Assembly (NCBI GenBank): GCA_946055075.1 | Contig: CAMGEN010000004.1 | Location: 3,522-67,521 of the forward strand | From: an uncultured Verrucomicrobiota bacterium | Lineage (GTDB): Bacteria; Verrucomicrobiota; Kiritimatiellia; RFP12; UBA1067 | Direction: 5' to 3' | DNA length: 64,000 bases | The notes under the pieces: generated by a model | What the model was told of the DNA's origin: nothing | What the model saw: the letters and a program-made list of their open reading frames with translations, nothing else | Database searches by the model: none | Made by a program: the position numbers and the translations under genes | Shown: positions 52,873 to 59,751 of the stretch, piece after piece | How positions within the stretch are numbered: position 1 is the stretch's first letter | How the letters are laid out: each line of letters opens with the position of its first letter

Positions 52873-53601
52873 ATGTTGAAGTCTTGGCTAAAGCTTTTCC
52901 GCGTCGTTAATCTGCCGACTGTTCCTGGCGATGTTCTCGCTGGTGCTGCGTCGTTCTCGCTTGTCGGTAACTGTTATGCGCCGGTGTGGGTCGCGTGTGC
53001 GGCCGGGCTTTCGGTGCTGATTTACATGTTCGGATTAATTGATAATGACATTGTCGGTGTTAACTCCGATATCGGGCGCCCCATAGCGGATAGGGAAATC
53101 TCGCTCAATGTCGCACGAGCGGTCCGTTTCGTTATCCTGCTAGCGGTGTTGATAGTTGCTGGATTGGTCGGGTTGCCGGTGGACTGGTACTGGGCGGCAT
53201 TCGTTTTGATCATTGCGATTCTGGTCTACAATCGCACGAAGTCCGCGTTCCTTATGGGCTGCTGCCGCGGACTCAACGTCGGCTGCGGCTTTGCGGTAGG
53301 GAGCGGGGCGGCGGAGTCGGTCTGGTTGGACTGGCGGCTGCTGGTGCCGTTCGCTGTTGCTGGGATCTTCACGCTCTACATCGCGGCGGTTACCAAGTAC
53401 TCGGAAGGCGAGGAGCATGATCCTGTGCGCAAGGTGCGGGTTGGCATGCTGATCGGCGCCCATGTCTACCTTCAGCTCTTGACGCTGATCGTCTTCGCTC
53501 TGCTCGTGCCGTCAACCGTCCCGCTGATGGTCGCCGGCGCGATTCTGCTCGTCGTCTTGAGAATCCTTAAACATACCATGCCGGGAGTATCCGCATCATG
53601 A
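52873..53601 (+). CDS. UbiA-superfamily prenyltransferase-like membrane protein (short form)
   Basis: About 8 hydrophobic segments. LFRVVNLPTVPGD and GLIDNDIVGVNSD resemble the NDxxDxxxD motif. Confidence 0.55.
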   Translation: MLKSWLKLFRVVNLPTVPGDVLAGAASFSLVGNCYAPVWVACAAGLSVLIYMFGLIDNDIVGVNSDIGRPIADREISLNVARAVRFVILLAVLIVAGLVGLPVDWYWAAFVLIIAILVYNRTKSAFLMGCCRGLNVGCGFAVGSGAAESVWLDWRLLVPFAVAGIFTLYIAAVTKYSEGEEHDPVRKVRVGMLIGAHVYLQLLTLIVFALLVPSTVPLMVAGAILLVVLRILKHTMPGVSAS

Positions 53602-54644
53602 AGTCCATTCAGGAAATCGTCGATCTCGCCAGTGCCTACTACGGTAGTGCCGTCCTTTTCGCCGCCATTGACAATGACGTGTTCGCACGCGTCGAGCAGG
53701 GCGAGTTCAACGCGGCAGAACCGCCGCGGGGGATGCGGTTGCTGCTGGATGCGTGCGTCGCCGAAGGACTGCTGGAGAAGACGGATGGCAGGTACGCCAA
53801 CACCCAGGCCGGAAAGATGGCGCTGATTCCAGGCGGTCCGGCGGATCTTACCAAGGCGATCCGCTACAACCGCGACGTCTATCCCGCGTGGGGCAGGCTT
53901 GCCGAGTTCGCTAAGACCGGTAAGCCCGTGGAGCGTCCCGAGCTCCACCTCGGCGAAGACTCCGCACGGACCAAGGCTTTCGCCGCCTCGATGTTTGGAC
54001 GTGCGATGGGCATCGGCAAAGGCGTCATCACGATGCTTGATTTAGTTGTAGTTGAGAGTGGTAGTGGTACAAAGGCTGATAAAGCTCTTGATGATTCCGC
54101 TGTACCACTACAACTTCCCACTACCACTATTCACGTCCTCGACCTCGCCGGTGGACCGGGCGCGTACGCGATTCTGATGTGTCAGGCGAATCCCGGGATG
54201 AAGTGCGTTACGGTCGATCTTCCCGCGATCTCCGCGGAGGCGCAGGGCTATGTCGCGAAGTTCGGGCTTGCTGACCGCATCGAGTGCCGCGCGGGAGATT
54301 ATCATACGGACGAATACGAGTCCGAGGCCTATGATGTCGTCACGATCTTCGGCGCCCTCCACCAGGAGTCGCCGGCGCAGATCGTCGACATCCTCAGGCG
54401 TGCGCATCGCGCGCTCAGGAAGGGCGGGAAGGTGGTGGTACTCGACATGATGACGGACTCCACTCACACCGCTCCGAAGTTCTCCGCGCTCTTCGCGGTC
54501 AATATGGCGCTCACGACCGAAAACGGCTGGGTGTTCGCGGACAGCGAGCTCAAGGAATGGATGCGTGAGGCGGGATTTGTTCCCGGCGAGACTAAGCGGG
54601 TTCCTCCTCCGATGCCGCACTGGATCGTCGAGGGGTCTAAGTGA
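53598..54644 (+). CDS. Class I SAM-dependent (O-)methyltransferase
   Basis: VLDLAGGPGAYA (motif I), DLPAIS, GGKVVVLDMM. ATGA overlap with the upstream gene. Confidence 0.75.
   Translation: MKSIQEIVDLASAYYGSAVLFAAIDNDVFARVEQGEFNAAEPPRGMRLLLDACVAEGLLEKTDGRYANTQAGKMALIPGGPADLTKAIRYNRDVYPAWGRLAEFAKTGKPVERPELHLGEDSARTKAFAASMFGRAMGIGKGVITMLDLVVVESGSGTKADKALDDSAVPLQLPTTTIHVLDLAGGPGAYAILMCQANPGMKCVTVDLPAISAEAQGYVAKFGLADRIECRAGDYHTDEYESEAYDVVTIFGALHQESPAQIVDILRRAHRALRKGGKVVVLDMMTDSTHTAPKFSALFAVNMALTTENGWVFADSELKEWMREAGFVPGETKRVPPPMPHWIVEGSK
54045..54132. repeat. Inverted pair of heptamer arrays inside the methyltransferase CDS (GTTGTAG TTGAGAG TGGTAG TGGTACA ... 29 nt ... TGTACCACTACAACTTCCCACTACCACT)
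   Basis: Perfect 11-nt inverted repeat GTAGTGGTACA/TGTACCACTAC (54061-54071 and 54101-54111). The right arm is copy 2 of the 33-nt module. Confidence 0.8.
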
Positions 54645-54689
54645 AGAGGGGAATGGGGAATTGGGAATGGGGAATTGGGAATGAAGAAG
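54641..54689. repeat. Seven tandem heptamers GTGAAGA GGGGAAT GGGGAAT TGGGAAT GGGGAAT TGGGAAT GAAGAAG
   Basis: Spans the methyltransferase stop (54642-54644) and the start codon of the next gene. Confidence 0.9.
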
Positions 54690-55829
54690 CTGAACGTCAT
54701 AGCTGCGGGACTTGGATGGAAGGGTCTTGAAGCCGCCGGGATGACCGAGATGGCGGGACTGAAGTTCTCGCCGAAGGAGTCCTGTTTTCCCGCGGTCACC
54801 TGTGTCGCGCAGGCTAATTTCCGCACTGGGCTTACCCCCGCCGAGCACGGGATGGTCGCGAACGGCTGGTGGAGCGAGACGCTGAAGAAGCCGCTTTTCT
54901 GGGAGCAGAGCGCGAAGCTCGTAAAGGGCAGGCGCGTGTGGTCCGACCGCCGCGCTGCTGGCGAGAAGTTCGGGATGTTCTTCTTTCAGCAGTCGCTTGG
55001 CGAAGAGGTCGACCTCGTCATTTCGCCGGCGCCGGTTCACAAGCACGGCGGCGGGATGATCATGGCGTGTTACACGCAGCCGACGGGGATGGAGGCGATC
55101 ATCAGGAAGCTCTGCGGAAAGTTCCCGTTGTGGCGGTATTGGGGTCCGCTCGCGTCTCCGAAGGTCGGACGCAAGTGCATCGCGTACTTCAACGCGATGA
55201 CGGACGCGCATGATGTCGACGAGGCGTATCTGTACCTGCCGACGCTGGACTATACGGCGCAGAAGTACGGTCCCGCTTCGTCGCAGCACGCCTCGGCGCT
55301 GAAGGAGTTCCGTCATCAGCTGGAGACGCTGTCGGACATCTGCATGCACCGCGGTTGCGAGCTTTCGGTGGAGGGCGATTACGAGATCACCGAGGTGACG
55401 ATGGTTCCGGTGTGTCCGAACGTGGCGCTTCGCAAGGCGGGGTTTTTCAAGACGCGCACGGTCGGCGGCATGGCGTATCCCGACTTTTATCAGTCCTCGG
55501 CTTTCGCGATGTGTGACCACGAGTTCTGCGTCGTCTGTGGCGAGAAACGCGACGAGGCGGTGAAGCTCCTCCTTGCCACCGGCGAATACGAGCTGCCTCC
55601 GCAACCAACCTGTTCCCTGCTTCCCGCTCACTGTTCCCTGCTCCTCGCGAAGCGAGGAGCGTGGTGCGAGTACAAGTGGTGGACCGATGACCGCGAGGCG
55701 CCCGACTTCGCTTCGCACGTCGATATTCATAACAAGCCGGGCTTCGATCCAAAGGAGCTCTTCTTCTTCAACCGCGGCACTGTCCGCGGCACCCATGGGC
55801 GTCAGTGCCAGGTTGCTGCCGCGTTGTGA
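54681..55829 (+). CDS. Alkaline-phosphatase-superfamily nucleotide pyrophosphatase/phosphodiesterase-like protein
   Basis: FPAVTCVAQANFRTGLTPAEHGMVANGWW matches the metal-site Thr/His region of type I phosphodiesterases. Start is ATG 54681 or TTG 54675. Confidence 0.65.
   Translation: MKKLNVIAAGLGWKGLEAAGMTEMAGLKFSPKESCFPAVTCVAQANFRTGLTPAEHGMVANGWWSETLKKPLFWEQSAKLVKGRRVWSDRRAAGEKFGMFFFQQSLGEEVDLVISPAPVHKHGGGMIMACYTQPTGMEAIIRKLCGKFPLWRYWGPLASPKVGRKCIAYFNAMTDAHDVDEAYLYLPTLDYTAQKYGPASSQHASALKEFRHQLETLSDICMHRGCELSVEGDYEITEVTMVPVCPNVALRKAGFFKTRTVGGMAYPDFYQSSAFAMCDHEFCVVCGEKRDEAVKLLLATGEYELPPQPTCSLLPAHCSLLLAKRGAWCEYKWWTDDREAPDFASHVDIHNKPGFDPKELFFFNRGTVRGTHGRQCQVAAAL
55610..55660. repeat. Heptamer array CTGTTCC CTGCTTC CCGCTCA CTGTTCC CTGCTCC running into a 9-bp-stem hairpin GCTCCTCGC-GAA-GCGAGGAGC, inside a CDS
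   Basis: Read directly. The 12-nt ctgttccctgct repeats at a 21-nt spacing. Encodes CSLLPAHCSLLLAKRGA. Confidence 0.75.
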
Positions 55830-55835
55830 TATAAT
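55827..55835 (+). promoter_or_regulatory. Extended -10 box TGaTATAAT whose TGA is the upstream stop codon; 8 nt before the ATG
   Basis: TGA(55827-55829)TATAAT-atttgtca-ATG(55844). Confidence 0.55.
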
Positions 55836-55843
55836 ATTTGTCA

Positions 55844-56845
55844 ATGTCCAAGAAACTTGCAGTAGGTCATTTTTTGAATGCGGATTTTCAGTCCGCGTGC
55901 GCGGCGTATCTCCCGCGGATTCGCGAGGTGTTCTTTGCTTGGCCTGGGGTGGTGAGCTGCCGACCCGCGCCGGAATTCACGCCGGAGGTGCGGGCGCGGA
56001 TGTTCTCGGATCTCAGGTGGGCGAGGTCAAATGGGCTCGAACTTGATACGCTTTTCAACTGCAACTGTTATGGAGATATCGCGATCTCGCATGAGCTTGA
56101 GGGACAGATTCAGCGGGTGATGCGTGAGATGGATGTGGAAGGGCTCTTTCCGGAAACCGTGACCACGACATCACCTTTCGTATCGAAGATTTTGCGTCGT
56201 GATTTCCCTCAGGTGAAGATCCGGTGGTCGGTGAACCAGCGTGTGCACGGCTCGGTCGGCTTCGAGTATGTGCTGGACGATTTCGATTCGTTTTACGTGA
56301 GTCGTGAGCATCATCGCGATCTTTTCTATTTGCAGGATATTGCCCGCTGGGCCCGTCAGCACGGAAAGACGATCGGAATGCAGGCGAATTCCGGATGTCT
56401 GCGGCAATGTCCGTATCAGACATTCCATGACAATCTCCACGGACATGGTGCGAGTGTGCAGAACCAGCGCGGGATGAAGGATTTCGACTTCACCTACTTC
56501 CTTTGCAAGCGGACTTACGCGAAGCCGGAGCATGCGGAGGATTTCTTGCGCGCGACATGGATTCGTCCGGAGGATCTGCGGCGTTACGAGCCGCATGTGG
56601 ATATTGTGAAGATCGCGACGCGCCGTCATCCAGATCCTGTGGCGGTGCTGAAGGCATACGCGACCTATTCTTATGACGGCAATCTGGCGGCTTTGATGGA
56701 TCCAGCTCATGCATTCGGCAAGACTTTTGATAACGCCAGCTTCTCGAAGTCGCTGATCTGGCCGTTAGTATTGAACTGTCGTGACGCCAATAGTTGTAAG
56801 CACTGCGGTAAGTGTGCCGCGCTCATGAAGGAGGTTTATCGATGA
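55844..56845 (+). CDS. Hypothetical protein (Cys-rich, possibly a metal or Fe-S enzyme)
   Basis: Long ORF with normal composition. NCNCYGD, NSGCLRQCPYQTFHDNLHGH and C-terminal CKHCGKC. Family not recognised. Confidence 0.6.
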   Translation: MSKKLAVGHFLNADFQSACAAYLPRIREVFFAWPGVVSCRPAPEFTPEVRARMFSDLRWARSNGLELDTLFNCNCYGDIAISHELEGQIQRVMREMDVEGLFPETVTTTSPFVSKILRRDFPQVKIRWSVNQRVHGSVGFEYVLDDFDSFYVSREHHRDLFYLQDIARWARQHGKTIGMQANSGCLRQCPYQTFHDNLHGHGASVQNQRGMKDFDFTYFLCKRTYAKPEHAEDFLRATWIRPEDLRRYEPHVDIVKIATRRHPDPVAVLKAYATYSYDGNLAALMDPAHAFGKTFDNASFSKSLIWPLVLNCRDANSCKHCGKCAALMKEVYR

Positions 56846-57573
56846 AGTTCCTGACCGCAATGATGTTCGGCATGGCCTTGATCGTCGGGGTAGCAATCGG
56901 ATACATGTTTAATCCGTCCGTTGATGAGCAAATGGCTATTCAGAAGCCGGTAGGGGAGTCTGCGATCAGGGATGAAGGCGATGCGGCCAGTATTAACGCG
57001 CTCCGTGCTAGGGTTGCGGATTTGGAGGCGAAGCTGGCTGCAAAGGAGACCGAGAAGACGGCGTCCGTCGACGATCGTCAGGGGGTTCGCAGTCAACAGG
57101 TGATGACATCTCCGAGGGAATGGCGTGAGAGGTTGAGAAGGGACAATCCTCAGGGATATATTGCGATGACCAATGGGATCGCAAGATGGCGTCGGGAGCG
57201 GCTGGAGCGTGCGCAGAAGAGGGTGGATTTTCTCTCTTCGCTGGATGTCTCTCAGATGACTCCTCCGGCGCGGAAGACCCACGAAGAGTTGCAGGAGATG
57301 ATTGTGAAGCGGGAGGAGTTAGAACAGAGGATGCGCCAAATGGATGATTCAGATGGGATTCTTGATGAGGATCGCCGCGCGCTTTGGCAGGAAATACGTC
57401 AGACTGATGAGCGTATCCGGGAGCTTAACTCGTCCGAGCGTGAGAATTTGATGCTAGAGACGGTCAGGAATCTAGGTTTCAATGGGGGGGAGGCTATGGA
57501 AGTGGTGGAGACGTTTCAAGAAATCATTGAAAATACGGATAGTGGATTTCGCGCAATGGGACGACCTCGGTAA
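56842..57573 (+). CDS. Membrane-anchored coiled-coil protein (hypothetical)
   Basis: ATGA overlap with the upstream gene. TM segment MKFLTAMMFGMALIVGVAIGYMF, then a charged helical region. Confidence 0.55.
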   Translation: MKFLTAMMFGMALIVGVAIGYMFNPSVDEQMAIQKPVGESAIRDEGDAASINALRARVADLEAKLAAKETEKTASVDDRQGVRSQQVMTSPREWRERLRRDNPQGYIAMTNGIARWRRERLERAQKRVDFLSSLDVSQMTPPARKTHEELQEMIVKREELEQRMRQMDDSDGILDEDRRALWQEIRQTDERIRELNSSERENLMLETVRNLGFNGGEAMEVVETFQEIIENTDSGFRAMGRPR

Positions 57574-57592
57574 TAGGATCGTGGTAAATGCT

Positions 57593-57623
57593 AAAATTCG
57601 GCGTCTGTTGATGCCGAATTTTT
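57593..57623 (+). terminator. Rho-independent terminator
   Basis: AAAATTCGGC-gtctgttgat-GCCGAATTTTT. Confidence 0.8.
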
Positions 57624-57631
57624 GATATAAT
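57623..57631 (+). promoter_or_regulatory. Extended -10 box TGaTATAAT fused to the terminator T-tract
   Basis: tgatataat-actcaattaac-ATG(57643). Confidence 0.5.
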
Positions 57632-57642
57632 ACTCAATTAAC

Positions 57643-58503
57643 ATGGGAAAAGTAGACACAGCCATGGCTAAAGCCGCGGTTTTAACCGAGGCATTGCCGT
57701 ATATTCAGGATTTCAAGGGGTCCGTCGTGCTGATTAAGCTCGGCGGTTCTGTGATGGAGGTTGAGGGTAATCTTGAGTCTTTGATGGATGATGTCGCTTT
57801 TATGCGGGCGGTCGGGATGAAGGTTGTGATCGTGCATGGCGGCGGCAAGGCGATTTCGAAGGCGATCAAGGAGTCTGGGCATGAGCCGAAGTTCGTCGGC
57901 GGGCTTAGGGTTACGGACGATCCCACGATGGAAATCGTGCGGCATACGTTAAATAACGTGGTGAATACCGACATTATTGCCCGCCTTGCCAAACGTGGTG
58001 CCAATGCGCGTCCGCTGCATGGCAACTGGATTTTTGCGGCAAAGAAGATCTCCGAGCCCGACCGTGGTTATGTCGGAGAGGTTACCCATGCTGATACTCG
58101 CGCAGTAAACGAGATGCTTGATGCTGGGATAATTCCGGTGGTCACGCCGCTCGGAACGGGCGAGGAGGATCATCATCTTTATAATATCAATGCGGATTAC
58201 GCCGCTGCGGCTCTTGCCAAGGCGCTGAAGGTCCGTAAGTTCGCTTTGGTTTCGGACGTTCCAGGGCTTCTTAAGAATCCTGATAACCCTGAAACCCTCC
58301 TGTCTACGCTTCACCTCGATGATGTCGGGGCGTTGACGGCGGACGGGACTATCTCGGGAGGTATGCTTCCGAAGATTATGAGCTGTGTGGATGCGATTGA
58401 ACACGGGGTGAAGAAGGTTCACCTTGTCGACGGGCGCATGGCGCACTCCCTGTTACTGGAAATATTCACGCGTGAAGGCGTGGGAACGGAGATACAAGAA
58501 TGA
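57643..58503 (+). CDS. argB: Acetylglutamate kinase
   Basis: VLIKLGGSVM, VIVHGGG, GLRVTD, YNINAD and GGMLPK motifs. Confidence 0.9.
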   Translation: MGKVDTAMAKAAVLTEALPYIQDFKGSVVLIKLGGSVMEVEGNLESLMDDVAFMRAVGMKVVIVHGGGKAISKAIKESGHEPKFVGGLRVTDDPTMEIVRHTLNNVVNTDIIARLAKRGANARPLHGNWIFAAKKISEPDRGYVGEVTHADTRAVNEMLDAGIIPVVTPLGTGEEDHHLYNINADYAAAALAKALKVRKFALVSDVPGLLKNPDNPETLLSTLHLDDVGALTADGTISGGMLPKIMSCVDAIEHGVKKVHLVDGRMAHSLLLEIFTREGVGTEIQE

Positions 58504-59699
58504 GCACGAAAACCCAGGATATCCTCGACCTCTACAATTCCAAGGTCATGCCGACCTACACGCCGTCGGTGGTCATTGCTTCTGGCAAGGGAATTACCGT
58601 CCGTGACGTGGACGGACATGCGTATTATGACTTTACTTCTGGCATCGGCGTTCAGAATGTCGGTTATGGCAATAAGAAGGTGGTTGAGGCGATTCAGAAC
58701 CAGGCTGCCGCGCTGACTCATTGCTCCAACCTTTACGTGAATGCTCCAGCTACGGTGCTTGCTTCCAAGCTCGTTGAGATCTCCGGGCTTGGTGGCAAGG
58801 TGTTTTTCTGCAATTCCGGCGCCGAGGCGAATGAGGCGGCCATCAAGCTTGCTCGCAAGTGGGGTGCGGCCAACGGCGGGCGTTACGAGGTTGTGACGTT
58901 TCGTCAGGGCTTCCACGGGCGTACCCTTGCGACGGTGGCTGCGACAGCGCAGGCGTGGTGCCAGGAGGGTTATGACCCGCTGCCCGTCGGCTTTGCGTAT
59001 GCCGACTATAACGATCTGGAGTCGGTCAAGGCGGCGATCAACGACAAGACCGTTGCTGTCATGCTCGAGGCGGTGCAGGGTGAGGGCGGTGTCACGCCGG
59101 CGACCGATGAGTTCATGAAGGGTGTCCGTGCGCTTTGCGACGAAAAGAACCTTCTCATGATCTGTGACGAGGTGCAGGCCGGAATGGGTCGCACTGGCAA
59201 GTGGTTTGCGTGGCAGAACTACGGCATTCAGCCCGATCTCTTCACCTGTGCGAAGGCGCTTGGCGGCGGGCTCCCGATGGGGGCGCTAGTGTCGAACGCG
59301 AAGCTTGCAGACGTCTTCGGCGCATGTGCTCACGCCTCAACATTCGGCGGTAATCCGGTTGCGGCGGCTGCGGCGAATGCGGTGATTGAGGTGATCGAAA
59401 GCGAGAATCTCCTTGATAACTGCGTTAAGGTCGGAGCGATCCTCAAGGAGAAGCTGGAGGAGTTCGTCGATCAGTACGATCAGCTTCTGGAGGTCCGCGG
59501 CATGGGCCTCATGCTTGGACTCGTCACTGAGGGTTCAGCAAAAGATATCGTCGAGGCGCTCAAGGCGCAGGGGCTGCTGGTCCTTACCGCCGGAGAACAC
59601 GTGGTTCGGTTCCTGCCGCCGCTTACGCTTTCCGAGGATGATCTTGAAGATGTGTTTGATATGATTTCGGACGCGTTGGACTGCGCCTTCGGCGGATGA
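58500..59699 (+). CDS. argD: Acetylornithine aminotransferase (class III PLP aminotransferase)
   Basis: SGAEANEAAIKLAR, FHGRT, DEVQAGMGRTGKWFA, and K in TCAKALGGG. ATGA overlap with argB. Confidence 0.85.
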   Translation: MSTKTQDILDLYNSKVMPTYTPSVVIASGKGITVRDVDGHAYYDFTSGIGVQNVGYGNKKVVEAIQNQAAALTHCSNLYVNAPATVLASKLVEISGLGGKVFFCNSGAEANEAAIKLARKWGAANGGRYEVVTFRQGFHGRTLATVAATAQAWCQEGYDPLPVGFAYADYNDLESVKAAINDKTVAVMLEAVQGEGGVTPATDEFMKGVRALCDEKNLLMICDEVQAGMGRTGKWFAWQNYGIQPDLFTCAKALGGGLPMGALVSNAKLADVFGACAHASTFGGNPVAAAAANAVIEVIESENLLDNCVKVGAILKEKLEEFVDQYDQLLEVRGMGLMLGLVTEGSAKDIVEALKAQGLLVLTAGEHVVRFLPPLTLSEDDLEDVFDMISDALDCAFGG

Positions 59700-59713
59700 G
59701 TTAAGAGCTGCGC

Positions 59714-59741
59714 GTAAAGAGGTAAAAGTTGCGGAAGCGGA
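59714..59741. repeat. Short heptamer array GTAAAGA GGTAAAA GTTGCGG AAGCGGA (intergenic)
   Basis: Shares GTTGCGGAAG with the array at 51839. Confidence 0.5.
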
Positions 59742-59751
59742 TTATTTGATC

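Noticed and set aside
54641-54689. Heptamer arrays considered as a CRISPR or mini-CRISPR
   Set aside because: Units are only 7-8 nt and directly tandem, with no spacers. There are no cas genes. Not CRISPR.
54108-55844. 578-aa minus-strand ORF
   Set aside because: Antisense to the methyltransferase and AlkP-family genes. Arg-rich with no motifs.
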